This document shows, piece by piece, positions 56,001 to 64,000 of a stretch of DNA of 64,000 nucleotides. The position numbers and the translations under genes are program-made. Source of the stretch: Acholeplasmataceae bacterium (GTDB taxonomy: Bacteria > Bacillota_I > Bacilli_A > Acholeplasmatales > Acholeplasmataceae). Location of the stretch: positions 256,001 to 320,000 of the forward strand of contig OY775910.1 of NCBI GenBank assembly GCA_963675245.1, read 5' to 3'. The notes under the pieces are model-generated. The model was not told the origin of the DNA. It worked only from the letters and a program-made list of their open reading frames with translations, and did not search any database. How positions within the stretch are numbered: the stretch's first letter is position 1; the number at the start of each line of letters is the position of its first letter.

Positions 56001-56049
56001 ACCTTCTAGTTTTAATAAAATTGTATTTAATTGAGATTTTTAGACTTGT

Positions 56050-56532
56050 TTATTTTTTCCATATACTCAACAAATACTCATAATCCTTTTTATCATATAG
56101 CAGTGTAATATAAGTATCCTCTTTCATTAAGTAATCAGGTTTTTTGATGTTCTCATCTGAATAAATAATTAAGATGTAAATGTCATCATTTTGGTTTCTA
56201 TATTTATTAAGATTAGATGTTTTTATTTGAAGTACTTCGTTGAAATTCATTTTCTTAACAACTCCAAATGGCCATCTAATGATTATGTTATCTCCTTCTA
56301 TATAACCCCATCTTACCCCTTGTTTTAGAAAAATAAAAATATATACCAAAATACTGCAAATGGCTAACAAGCTAAATATTATTAGAATTGTTGGTGTAGC
56401 TGTTGAATTGCTATTTCTTTGAAAATAAGCTAATAAGACAGCGAATATTGGTACAAAAACCAATAATATGCCACAGCCTAAGCCAAACAATAGGTAATTT
56501 CCTATATTTAATTTAAATCTATACTTACTCAT
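56050..56532 (-). CDS. Hypothetical membrane protein, 2 TM plus soluble domain (cassette 1)
   Basis: GGGGA RBS, own TGATATAAT promoter. Confidence 0.7.
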   Translation of the reverse strand: MSKYRFKLNIGNYLLFGLGCGILLVFVPIFAVLLAYFQRNSNSTATPTILIIFSLLAICSILVYIFIFLKQGVRWGYIEGDNIIIRWPFGVVKKMNFNEVLQIKTSNLNKYRNQNDDIYILIIYSDENIKKPDYLMKEDTYITLLYDKKDYEYLLSIWKK

Positions 56533-56647
56533 AAATCCCCACCATAGCATTATATCTTATTCTTATTATATCACCGTAGATCTCCCTTTCAAATAAGAAA
56601 TATTAGTCTACAAAAAAATCCCTTAACAAAGGGATTTGTTTTTCTAA

Positions 56648-56724
<77 letters not shown>

Positions 56725-56776
56725 AAACACGCGCATTGATTATTATAACGTAATCAACGCGGAATGTAAAGTGCTA

Positions 56777-57214
56777 TTAAACCTTTATTTTTCCAAGTTC
56801 GCTCACTTTGTCTAAAATTCGTAAAAAAGTTTCAGTATCTTCTTGTCCTAAGTGGTTAGAAAGTACTTCAATAGGCTTATAATATGTGTCTCTGATTGCT
56901 TCCACATAGTGCTTACCAGTAGGTGTTAATCTGATATAAATCACACGTAAATCATTAGCTGAAGGAACTTTTTCAACAAATTCTTTATTAACAAGTTCGT
57001 TTACTTTGTGGGTTACCGCTGGTAACGTCACTTTTAGACGATTAGCAATGTCAGTTAATTTCACTTTTTGATTAATATCGCAAAATGCGACACAGAATAA
57101 AACCATAATGTCAGCATCACTTAACTTTGTGTCAATCCGATCATAAATACCTGATCGTCTAAAAACTTTTAAAGCACGATCAAGTTCTTGTAATATTCGA
57201 TAATTTTTTTCCAT
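56777..57214 (-). CDS. MarR family regulator
   Basis: LTDIANRLKVTLPAVTHKVNELVNKEFV..DLR..IRLTPTG winged helix. Confidence 0.9.
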   Translation of the reverse strand: MEKNYRILQELDRALKVFRRSGIYDRIDTKLSDADIMVLFCVAFCDINQKVKLTDIANRLKVTLPAVTHKVNELVNKEFVEKVPSANDLRVIYIRLTPTGKHYVEAIRDTYYKPIEVLSNHLGQEDTETFLRILDKVSELGKIKV

Positions 57215-57308
57215 ATGTTCCTCCACCAAAATAAAATCATTTTACAATTTATTTATCATTAATAAGAAATGTATTTCTTAACTCTTATTTTACCATGTTT
57301 TACATCTT

Positions 57309-57932
57309 TTACAAGACACTTTTTAAGTACGTAACTAAGGGATCTAATGCCTTTCTTTTTGTGTCATCTGCTTGTTTCATAATGGTTAATAGTTGATTTA
57401 ATTTTCGTTTATAATATGGCTTTGATTCTGCTTTATGTTGTAAGACTGGTCCAAGGTAAGCATCTCTTTTTGAGAGTACCATTTCTCCACGTTCTACAAC
57501 CATCACAATATAATAAAACCCCTCATGAACGATCAATTCATCTTTTATGATGAAACCATGATCACTTAAATATGTTCTTAAGACATCATGTTTATCATTT
57601 GCTTGTAAGATATATGTCATTTGTGACGTAGGTGCACCATCTAATATGTCAGATATGGTGGTTGCACCCATGCCTGCGATAATCGCTAAATCAACATGCT
57701 CATGAATCTCTTTAAACCCATCAGAAACAATAAACGTTACTGGTAAATGATCTAGGTTTTCTTTGGCTTGATTTAAAGGTTTTTCACCGATATCTGAAGC
57801 GATTGCTTGTTTAATATGCCCTAAATCAAATGCCCTTTTTAAAACGAGTCCGTGATCCGTACCAATATCAAGTACTCTATCATAACCTTTTGTAAGTGAG
57901 GCTAATAAATGAATGCGTTTATTTCTTGCCAT
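57309..57932 (-). CDS. trmK: tRNA (adenine22-N1)-methyltransferase
   Basis: DIGTDHG, SDG, IAGMG; follows rpoD. Confidence 0.9.
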   Translation of the reverse strand: MARNKRIHLLASLTKGYDRVLDIGTDHGLVLKRAFDLGHIKQAIASDIGEKPLNQAKENLDHLPVTFIVSDGFKEIHEHVDLAIIAGMGATTISDILDGAPTSQMTYILQANDKHDVLRTYLSDHGFIIKDELIVHEGFYYIVMVVERGEMVLSKRDAYLGPVLQHKAESKPYYKRKLNQLLTIMKQADDTKRKALDPLVTYLKSVL

Positions 57933-59187
57933 AATAAAATTCTTTAAGTTTGTTTTGACGTGACGGAGATCTTAATTTGCGTAAAGCTTTCGCTTCAATC
58001 TGACGAATACGTTCACGTGTGACACCGAATTCTCTACCCACTTCTTCAAGCGTGTGGTTTTTACCGTCAAATAGACCATAACGTAAACGTAATACTTTTT
58101 CTTCACGGTCTGTTAACGTTTCTAAGACTTCATCTAACGTTTGTTTGACCATTTCTTGAAGCATATATTCATGTGGTGTTAACGCATTTGGATCAGAAAT
58201 AAAATCACCGAGTGATGAATCTTCTTCTTCACCCACATGTGCTTCTAATGAAATAGGTTCTTTTGCGATACGTTGAATATTTTGAACTTTTTCAGGTGTA
58301 ATTCCCATTTTTTCAGCAATTTCATCAATGGATGGTTCACGACCATAATCTTGAATGAGTTGTCGTTGAATACGAATCATTTTATTAATGGTTTCAACCA
58401 TATGAACAGGAATTCTAATCGTTCTAGCTTGATCCGCAACAGCACGCGTAATTGCTTGTCTTATCCACCATGTAGCATATGTTGAAAATTTAAATCCTTT
58501 TTCATAATCAAATTTATCGACAGCACGCATAAGTCCCATATTACCTTCTTGAATTAAATCAAGGAATAAAAGACCACGACCTACATATCTTTTCGCGATG
58601 GATACAACTAAACGATAATTTGCTTCAACAAGTTTGTTTTTAGCCCATTGTGCAATTTCAATCGTGTTCTTTAATTCTTCTAGGTCATTATCTGATAATT
58701 CAAGAGAGCCAGCATCATATGCTTCATACTGTTCTTTAGCATAGCGGCCATTTGAAACTTGAATTGCGTATTTTTGTTCTTGGTCATGTGTTAATAAAGG
58801 AATTTGTCCAATTTCTTTTAAATACATTCTAACGGGATCATCTATTTTAACAGTTGATACAATGGTTTCAATATTAGTTAGTTCTTCTTCTTCAACGTCA
58901 AGTTCTGATAACGATAGTTCATCTGGTTCATCTTCATCATCGAGATTATCTTCTTCATCTGCATCATCTTCGTCTAGTTCAAGTGTGTCATCACTTAATT
59001 CTAAATCTTCAACATTGTCATTTTCTTCTGGCTCAATGATGTCAATATCATTATTGAGTAATTCACGCATAATATTAAAATATTGCTCGCTGCCTTCTTT
59101 CGCGAATGGTGTGACATCTTCTTGATTAACAAAGCCGTCGTCACCTGCTTTTTTCACAAGCTTTTTAATAATTTTTTCTAATTCCAT
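57919..59187 (-). CDS. rpoD: Primary sigma factor
   Basis: [42 protein letters not shown]. Confidence 0.98.
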   Translation of the reverse strand: MELEKIIKKLVKKAGDDGFVNQEDVTPFAKEGSEQYFNIMRELLNNDIDIIEPEENDNVEDLELSDDTLELDEDDADEEDNLDDEDEPDELSLSELDVEEEELTNIETIVSTVKIDDPVRMYLKEIGQIPLLTHDQEQKYAIQVSNGRYAKEQYEAYDAGSLELSDNDLEELKNTIEIAQWAKNKLVEANYRLVVSIAKRYVGRGLLFLDLIQEGNMGLMRAVDKFDYEKGFKFSTYATWWIRQAITRAVADQARTIRIPVHMVETINKMIRIQRQLIQDYGREPSIDEIAEKMGITPEKVQNIQRIAKEPISLEAHVGEEEDSSLGDFISDPNALTPHEYMLQEMVKQTLDEVLETLTDREEKVLRLRYGLFDGKNHTLEEVGREFGVTRERIRQIEAKALRKLRSPSRQNKLKEFYYGKK

Positions 59188-59198
59188 TTTAGTTCCTC

Positions 59199-60947
59199 CT
59201 AGTGCTTCAATTTTGCTTGAAGCATTTGATATTCTTGCTGTAAAGTCAAATCATTGGGTTTGACTTTTAAAAGTTCTTTAAGTTCATTAATGCGTCGTTT
59301 GTCTGTATAACCTTTTAGGATGTCGATATGCTCATCAAAGCCTTCATTATCAAAATCAAAAACGTTTGTCCAATACATATTTTTCAAAATGTCTTCTTCC
59401 ATGAATGTGCGTTCTTCTGACGCCAGTATATTTAAGAAATCATCAGGAATTAATATATCGTGTTCTGAATAATAATCTTCAACCTTAATTCTTAACATAG
59501 CGACCTTAGGATCAATATAATCACTAAGTGCGAGTCTGGATTGTATATATGTACTCGAAACTTTCGACCTTAACATGCCACAAAGTAAATAGCGCTCTGC
59601 ATTTTCATATCGATTAAGCAATCGTTTCTTAGCAACCTTTTTAGGTAATGGTGTCGGTTCGCTTGTTGCTGGTCTAATCGATATTCGTGGCTTTTTAATG
59701 ATGATGTCATTTTCATTAATGTGAAGATCATTCGCTAATTTCTTACGGTATACTGCTTGAATCGCTTCATCCGCATTAACAAGCATTTTAATGACATCAT
59801 CTTTAAATGATTTAATGTCATTTGCGTTTTTTAAATTCTTACCATATTTATACGATTGATAACGAAATTGATATGGATCAATCACATTTTCTCCGTAGAG
59901 TGCTTCGTATTTATTTGGTCCATAATTTTGAACGAATTCATCAGGATCCATACCGTCAGGCAAGACTAAGATACCGACTTTTAATGATACAGCAGATAAG
60001 ATTAATATGGCTTGACGTGTCGCTTTTTGACCTGCTTCATCACCATCATATGCAATTACGACACTTGGCGTAACTTGTTTTAATAAGCGTGCGTGTTGCG
60101 TGGTTAGTGCCGTTCCCATTGTCGCGACCGTGTTTTTAACACCTGCTTGATAACTTGCAATCACATCAAAGAAACCTTCATGCAAGATAACGTGTTTTGC
60201 TTTTCGAATATCCCCTAAACTTTCATAAAGGTGATATACAAGTTCACTCTTTTTAAAGATAGCCGTTTCAGGACTATTAATATACTTAATTTTATCTGTT
60301 TTAGACAATGTCCTGCCACTAAATCCAACCACATGACCTCTTAAATCCGTAATTGGAAACATGACACGATTCGCGAACAAATCAAAATAATTCCCATCAT
60401 CGCCTTGTTTCACAAGACCAAGTTTAATCATATCAGAAACAGCGAAACCTTTATCTTTTAGGATCTTATAAAGGGTTTCTCCTCTTGCTGGTGCATAACC
60501 GATATTAAAGTGTTCAATCGTTTCTTCTGTTAAACCACGACCGCTTAAGTATGAAACTGCTTCTTGACCGCTTTCACTGTTTTTTAAATTAAAACGGTAG
60601 AAGTTCATCGCTTCTTTCATGAGTGCATAATCATGAGCATGTGGATCTTTTTTATAGCGACTATCTTTAATTTCAATACCCGCACGTTCTGCTAATTCTA
60701 ATGCAGCTTCAGTAAAAGGTATGCCTTTTATTTTTGAATAGAATGTAATGGGTTGACCCCCTTCGCCACATCCCATACATTTACAAATATTTTTTTCTGG
60801 ACTGACAGAAAACGATGGTGATTTTTCATCGTGAAATGGACACAAACCAAAATAGTTCTTCCCCTTCTTCTGGAGCTGAACGAATTCGGACACGAGGTCT
60901 ACAATATTAGTTTTATCGTTAATTAACCTTAAGAGCTCGTTATCCAT
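59199..60947 (-). CDS. dnaG: DNA primase
   Basis: [10 protein letters not shown] zinc finger, [24 protein letters not shown]. Confidence 0.97.
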   Translation of the reverse strand: MDNELLRLINDKTNIVDLVSEFVQLQKKGKNYFGLCPFHDEKSPSFSVSPEKNICKCMGCGEGGQPITFYSKIKGIPFTEAALELAERAGIEIKDSRYKKDPHAHDYALMKEAMNFYRFNLKNSESGQEAVSYLSGRGLTEETIEHFNIGYAPARGETLYKILKDKGFAVSDMIKLGLVKQGDDGNYFDLFANRVMFPITDLRGHVVGFSGRTLSKTDKIKYINSPETAIFKKSELVYHLYESLGDIRKAKHVILHEGFFDVIASYQAGVKNTVATMGTALTTQHARLLKQVTPSVVIAYDGDEAGQKATRQAILILSAVSLKVGILVLPDGMDPDEFVQNYGPNKYEALYGENVIDPYQFRYQSYKYGKNLKNANDIKSFKDDVIKMLVNADEAIQAVYRKKLANDLHINENDIIIKKPRISIRPATSEPTPLPKKVAKKRLLNRYENAERYLLCGMLRSKVSSTYIQSRLALSDYIDPKVAMLRIKVEDYYSEHDILIPDDFLNILASEERTFMEEDILKNMYWTNVFDFDNEGFDEHIDILKGYTDKRRINELKELLKVKPNDLTLQQEYQMLQAKLKH

Positions 60948-60963
60948 GTGTCCTCCTTATTTG

Positions 60964-62334
60964 TTAGAATTGAATACGACTTTCAATATAATTGATGAGT
61001 TCATCAATTTTAATGCGATCTTGTGTCATTGAATCACGATGACGTATCGTAACCGTATTCGTTTCTTCAGTATCGTGATCAATTGTGACACAAAGATAGG
61101 TACCGATAGAATCTTGTCTTCTATAACGTTTACCAATTGATTGTGTCTCATCATACACGGCATCAAATCGTTTTGATAACATGCCATAAATGTCTTCTGC
61201 TTTATCTTTATGTAGTTTCTTAACTAAAGGTAAGACAGCAACTTTATATGGGGCAAGTGCTGGATGAATTTTTAAGACTTGTCTTGTTGTTCCATCGCCG
61301 AGATCTTCGACTTTGTATGCATCTGCTAAAAATGCTAAGACAAGGCGTTCTACGCCAACCGCTGGTTCAACGACATATGGTAGGTAACGCTCATTTGTTT
61401 CTGGGTCTAAATATTCTAAATTTTCTCCAGAATGTTTTTGATGTGCTGTTAAATCAAAATTCGTTCGACTTGCAATACCCCAAAGTTCGTCAAATCCCCA
61501 TGGAAATTTGAATTGGATATCGGTTGTCGCATTTGAATAATGACTTAAGGCTTCAGGTTTATGATCATCAAATATCAAATGGTCTTCACTTAAACCTAAA
61601 TCTGTTAACCAATTCATACAAAATGCTTTCCAGTATTTGAACCATTTGAGTTCAGTGCCTGGTTTGCAGAAGAATTCCATTTCCATTTGTTCAAATTCAC
61701 GTGTTCTGAAAATGAAGTTACCTGGTGTAATTTCATTTCTAAATGATTTACCTACTTGACAGACACCAAATGGTAATCTCTTTCTTGTTGTTCGTTGAAT
61801 TTGTTTGAAATTTATGAACATACCTTGTGCGGTTTCTGGTCTTAAGAAAATCTTACTCGCTGAATCTAGTACAACCCCTTGATGTGTTTCAAACATCATA
61901 TTAAACTTTCGAATAGGAAGCCAATCGCTTTCACCACAAGCAGGACATGCTACTTTATGTAGTGCTAAATAGTCACTCATCTTCTCAGGTGACCAACCAT
62001 CAGCATTCACCGTATGATCATGTGCATCAATTAATTGGTCAGCTCTAAATCGTTGATGACAACTTTTACATTCCGTAAGCGGATCAGAAAAACCACCGAC
62101 ATGACCGGAGGCGACCCACACTTCAGGATTTAATAAAATAGATGTGTCAACGAGCACATTATTTGGCGTCTCTTTTTGAAACTTTTGAATCCATGCATTT
62201 TTAATGTTGTTTTTTAATTTACTACCCAAAGGTCCATAATCCCACGTGTTCGCTAAACCACCGTAAAGCTCACTTCCTTGAAAGATATATCCAGTTGTTT
62301 TCGCAAATTGTACGAGATCGTCAAGTGTTACCAT
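60964..62334 (-). CDS. glyQS: Glycine--tRNA ligase (homodimeric type)
   Basis: WDYGPLG, LRPETAQG, FRNEITPGNFIFRTREFEQME. Confidence 0.97.
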   Translation of the reverse strand: MVTLDDLVQFAKTTGYIFQGSELYGGLANTWDYGPLGSKLKNNIKNAWIQKFQKETPNNVLVDTSILLNPEVWVASGHVGGFSDPLTECKSCHQRFRADQLIDAHDHTVNADGWSPEKMSDYLALHKVACPACGESDWLPIRKFNMMFETHQGVVLDSASKIFLRPETAQGMFINFKQIQRTTRKRLPFGVCQVGKSFRNEITPGNFIFRTREFEQMEMEFFCKPGTELKWFKYWKAFCMNWLTDLGLSEDHLIFDDHKPEALSHYSNATTDIQFKFPWGFDELWGIASRTNFDLTAHQKHSGENLEYLDPETNERYLPYVVEPAVGVERLVLAFLADAYKVEDLGDGTTRQVLKIHPALAPYKVAVLPLVKKLHKDKAEDIYGMLSKRFDAVYDETQSIGKRYRRQDSIGTYLCVTIDHDTEETNTVTIRHRDSMTQDRIKIDELINYIESRIQF

Positions 62335-62343
62335 AAGTGTTCC

Positions 62344-63018
62344 TCATTTCAAGTTTTTTAATGTTGTTTGTAAATGATATTGATAATATTTTTGAATGAA
62401 TGATTTGATATCGTTTAATGTATCTATTTCATAGATACCATGTTCATTATACGGTAAATAGGTCAGTTTTAAAAGAGGCGTAGCCGCTTTTACATCAAGA
62501 TCAATAAACCCTTCTTCACCATCATAGATTAACCCACCTTTTTCCACACTCACACCACGCACTAACCTACCATCTGGTTTTAAATCAATATCTAGACCGA
62601 GTGGTCTTAACATTTTAAGTGAAAAGCTGAGTGAAGCTACGTCAATATTTGGCGCTATTAAGGCATCGTTTAGTGTTTTATAAATGGCTTCATGATTCAC
62701 ATCATGGACGATAAATTTATCAATAATTTCCAACATCAACGCAGCAGATTGGGTATGATGATAATCATCTTTAATTGCTTGATAGTCATCGATTAACGTC
62801 GCGTCCGCTAGTGTATACATCGATTTATTCAAATGTTCTTTAAACGTTATTTTCGTTAAAAATTGGGCCATCACGCGTGAAGAAGCGTTAAGTTTTTGTG
62901 AGCCTTTTGCAATGAGTGTGACTTTTCCAAACGGTGTATATGTAAATAGTAATCTAGCACTTTCTTGATAAGGTTGTACCTTATAAACAATGCCTTCCAT
63001 CTTAATCACCAAAGCCAA
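62344..63018 (-). CDS. recO: DNA repair protein RecO (start probably near 63000)
   Basis: MEGIV..YQES..L.T..GK...AKG OB fold; era-recO-gly synteny. Confidence 0.88.
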   Translation of the reverse strand: MALVIKMEGIVYKVQPYQESARLLFTYTPFGKVTLIAKGSQKLNASSRVMAQFLTKITFKEHLNKSMYTLADATLIDDYQAIKDDYHHTQSAALMLEIIDKFIVHDVNHEAIYKTLNDALIAPNIDVASLSFSLKMLRPLGLDIDLKPDGRLVRGVSVEKGGLIYDGEEGFIDLDVKAATPLLKLTYLPYNEHGIYEIDTLNDIKSFIQKYYQYHLQTTLKNLK

Positions 63019-63889
63019 AAGCTTTTAAATCTTGTGGGCGATTTCGCCAATCCTTTTTCACCTTAACCCAAAGTGTTAAGTGTACTTTTCTCTTTAAATA
63101 ATCGTTTATATCTTTTCTAGCTGCGGTACCTATGGCTTTAATCTTTTCACCGTTTTTCCCAATTAAGATACTTTTTTGTGTTGACCTTTCAACGATAATA
63201 ATCGCACTGACGTCTAACGTATTTTCCTTAGGATTATCAACAAGAGACTCAATTTGTACAGCCACTGCATGTGGTACTTCCTGTTCCGTTAAATATAATA
63301 TTTTTTCACGAACAAGCTCTGACAACATCACACTATCACTTTGATCACTTTTCATATCTTCCGGAAAATATTGAGGTCCTTCTGGTATGATCTTAATGAG
63401 TTCTTTTTTTAAGTGCTCAAGATGCGTATTATCTTTTGCAGATATGGGGTAATATCCAGCGAAATCATAGGTTCCTAGATAACTCATAATCATGTCATCA
63501 ATTTCAGCTTTCGATTTTAATAAATCAATTTTGTTTATCAGTAAATAAATGGGTGTGTTTAACGCTTCAAAGTAACGCATAATATGTCCTTCTGCTGCTG
63601 TTTTCTTGCGATCAACAACAAATAATACTGCATCGACATCCGTTAAACTTGAAACAGCTACTTTATCAATTTGCTTGTTTAATAAATCTTTCCCTTTATG
63701 CATACCTGGTGTATCAACAAAAACCAGTTGATAACCTGGTTCTGTAATAATACCTGAAATACGATGTCTCGTGGTTTGTGGTTTCGGACTAGTGATCGCT
63801 GCTTTCATACCAATCAAGGCATTTAAAAGCGTTGATTTACCAACATTTGGTCGTCCTACTATCGCAATAAAACCCGCTTTATGCGTCAT
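63002..63889 (-). CDS. era: GTPase Era
   Basis: GRPNVGKST, PQTTR, DTPG, NKID, KH domain, WVKV..DWR. Confidence 0.97.
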   Translation of the reverse strand: MTHKAGFIAIVGRPNVGKSTLLNALIGMKAAITSPKPQTTRHRISGIITEPGYQLVFVDTPGMHKGKDLLNKQIDKVAVSSLTDVDAVLFVVDRKKTAAEGHIMRYFEALNTPIYLLINKIDLLKSKAEIDDMIMSYLGTYDFAGYYPISAKDNTHLEHLKKELIKIIPEGPQYFPEDMKSDQSDSVMLSELVREKILYLTEQEVPHAVAVQIESLVDNPKENTLDVSAIIIVERSTQKSILIGKNGEKIKAIGTAARKDINDYLKRKVHLTLWVKVKKDWRNRPQDLKAFGFGD

Positions 63890-64000
63890 CGTCATCAAAT
63901 GTTTCAAAAGCATATGGCAACAAATCATCAGTTGACATATCCTTTGTATCCCCTTTTAAATTAGCAAGCACCACTTTAGCACCTTTCGGCAACAGTTCAT
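63879..64000 (-). CDS. cdd: Cytidine deaminase, 3' end only
   Basis: Manual translation ..ELLPKGAKVVLANLKGDTKDMSTDDLLPYAF..; cdd-era synteny. Confidence 0.75.
   Translation of the reverse strand, partial: ELLPKGAKVVLANLKGDTKDMSTDDLLPYAFETFDDDDA

Noticed and set aside
58862..59125. Ser-rich ORF or repeat
   Set aside because: Shadow of the Asp/Glu-rich linker of rpoD; the same reasoning applies to the other short antisense or alternate-frame ORFs inside housekeeping genes.

Overview
Low-GC Bacillota-derived chromosome segment, most likely from an Acholeplasmataceae-like mollicute (inferred: standard code with TGA stops, Bacillus-like gene order, no cell-wall genes in the window). Most of it is housekeeping: alaS-ruvX, smpB-rnr, glpK, eno, gpmI, gcvT/H/PA/PB, ptsI, ABC exporters, thrS, polA-mutM-coaE-dnaB-dnaI, ftsY-ylxM-ffh, topA, rbgA-rnhB, FtsK/SftA, era-recO-glyQS-dnaG-rpoD-trmK. 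It also has two T-box leaders, an FMN riboswitch, an intact IS30 element and a tRNA-Arg(UCU). Three unannotated things stand out. (1) At 53.8-56.7 kb, an integrase-less, integron-like array of single-gene cassettes stacked at the tRNA-Arg 3' end. Each unit is a 3' tRNA half starting at the anticodon loop, a terminator, an extended -10 promoter and one gene, and the repeats decay with distance from the tRNA. (2) A 44-codon secreted-peptide gene missed by the ORF track, divergent from an Rgg/RRNPP-like regulator: a candidate peptide-signalling pair. (3) An intergenic ~105-nt sRNA candidate with its own promoter, three hairpins and two single-stranded AUCCCCU motifs, similar in design to RsaE/RoxS. 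All calls come from reading the sequence; no searches were run.
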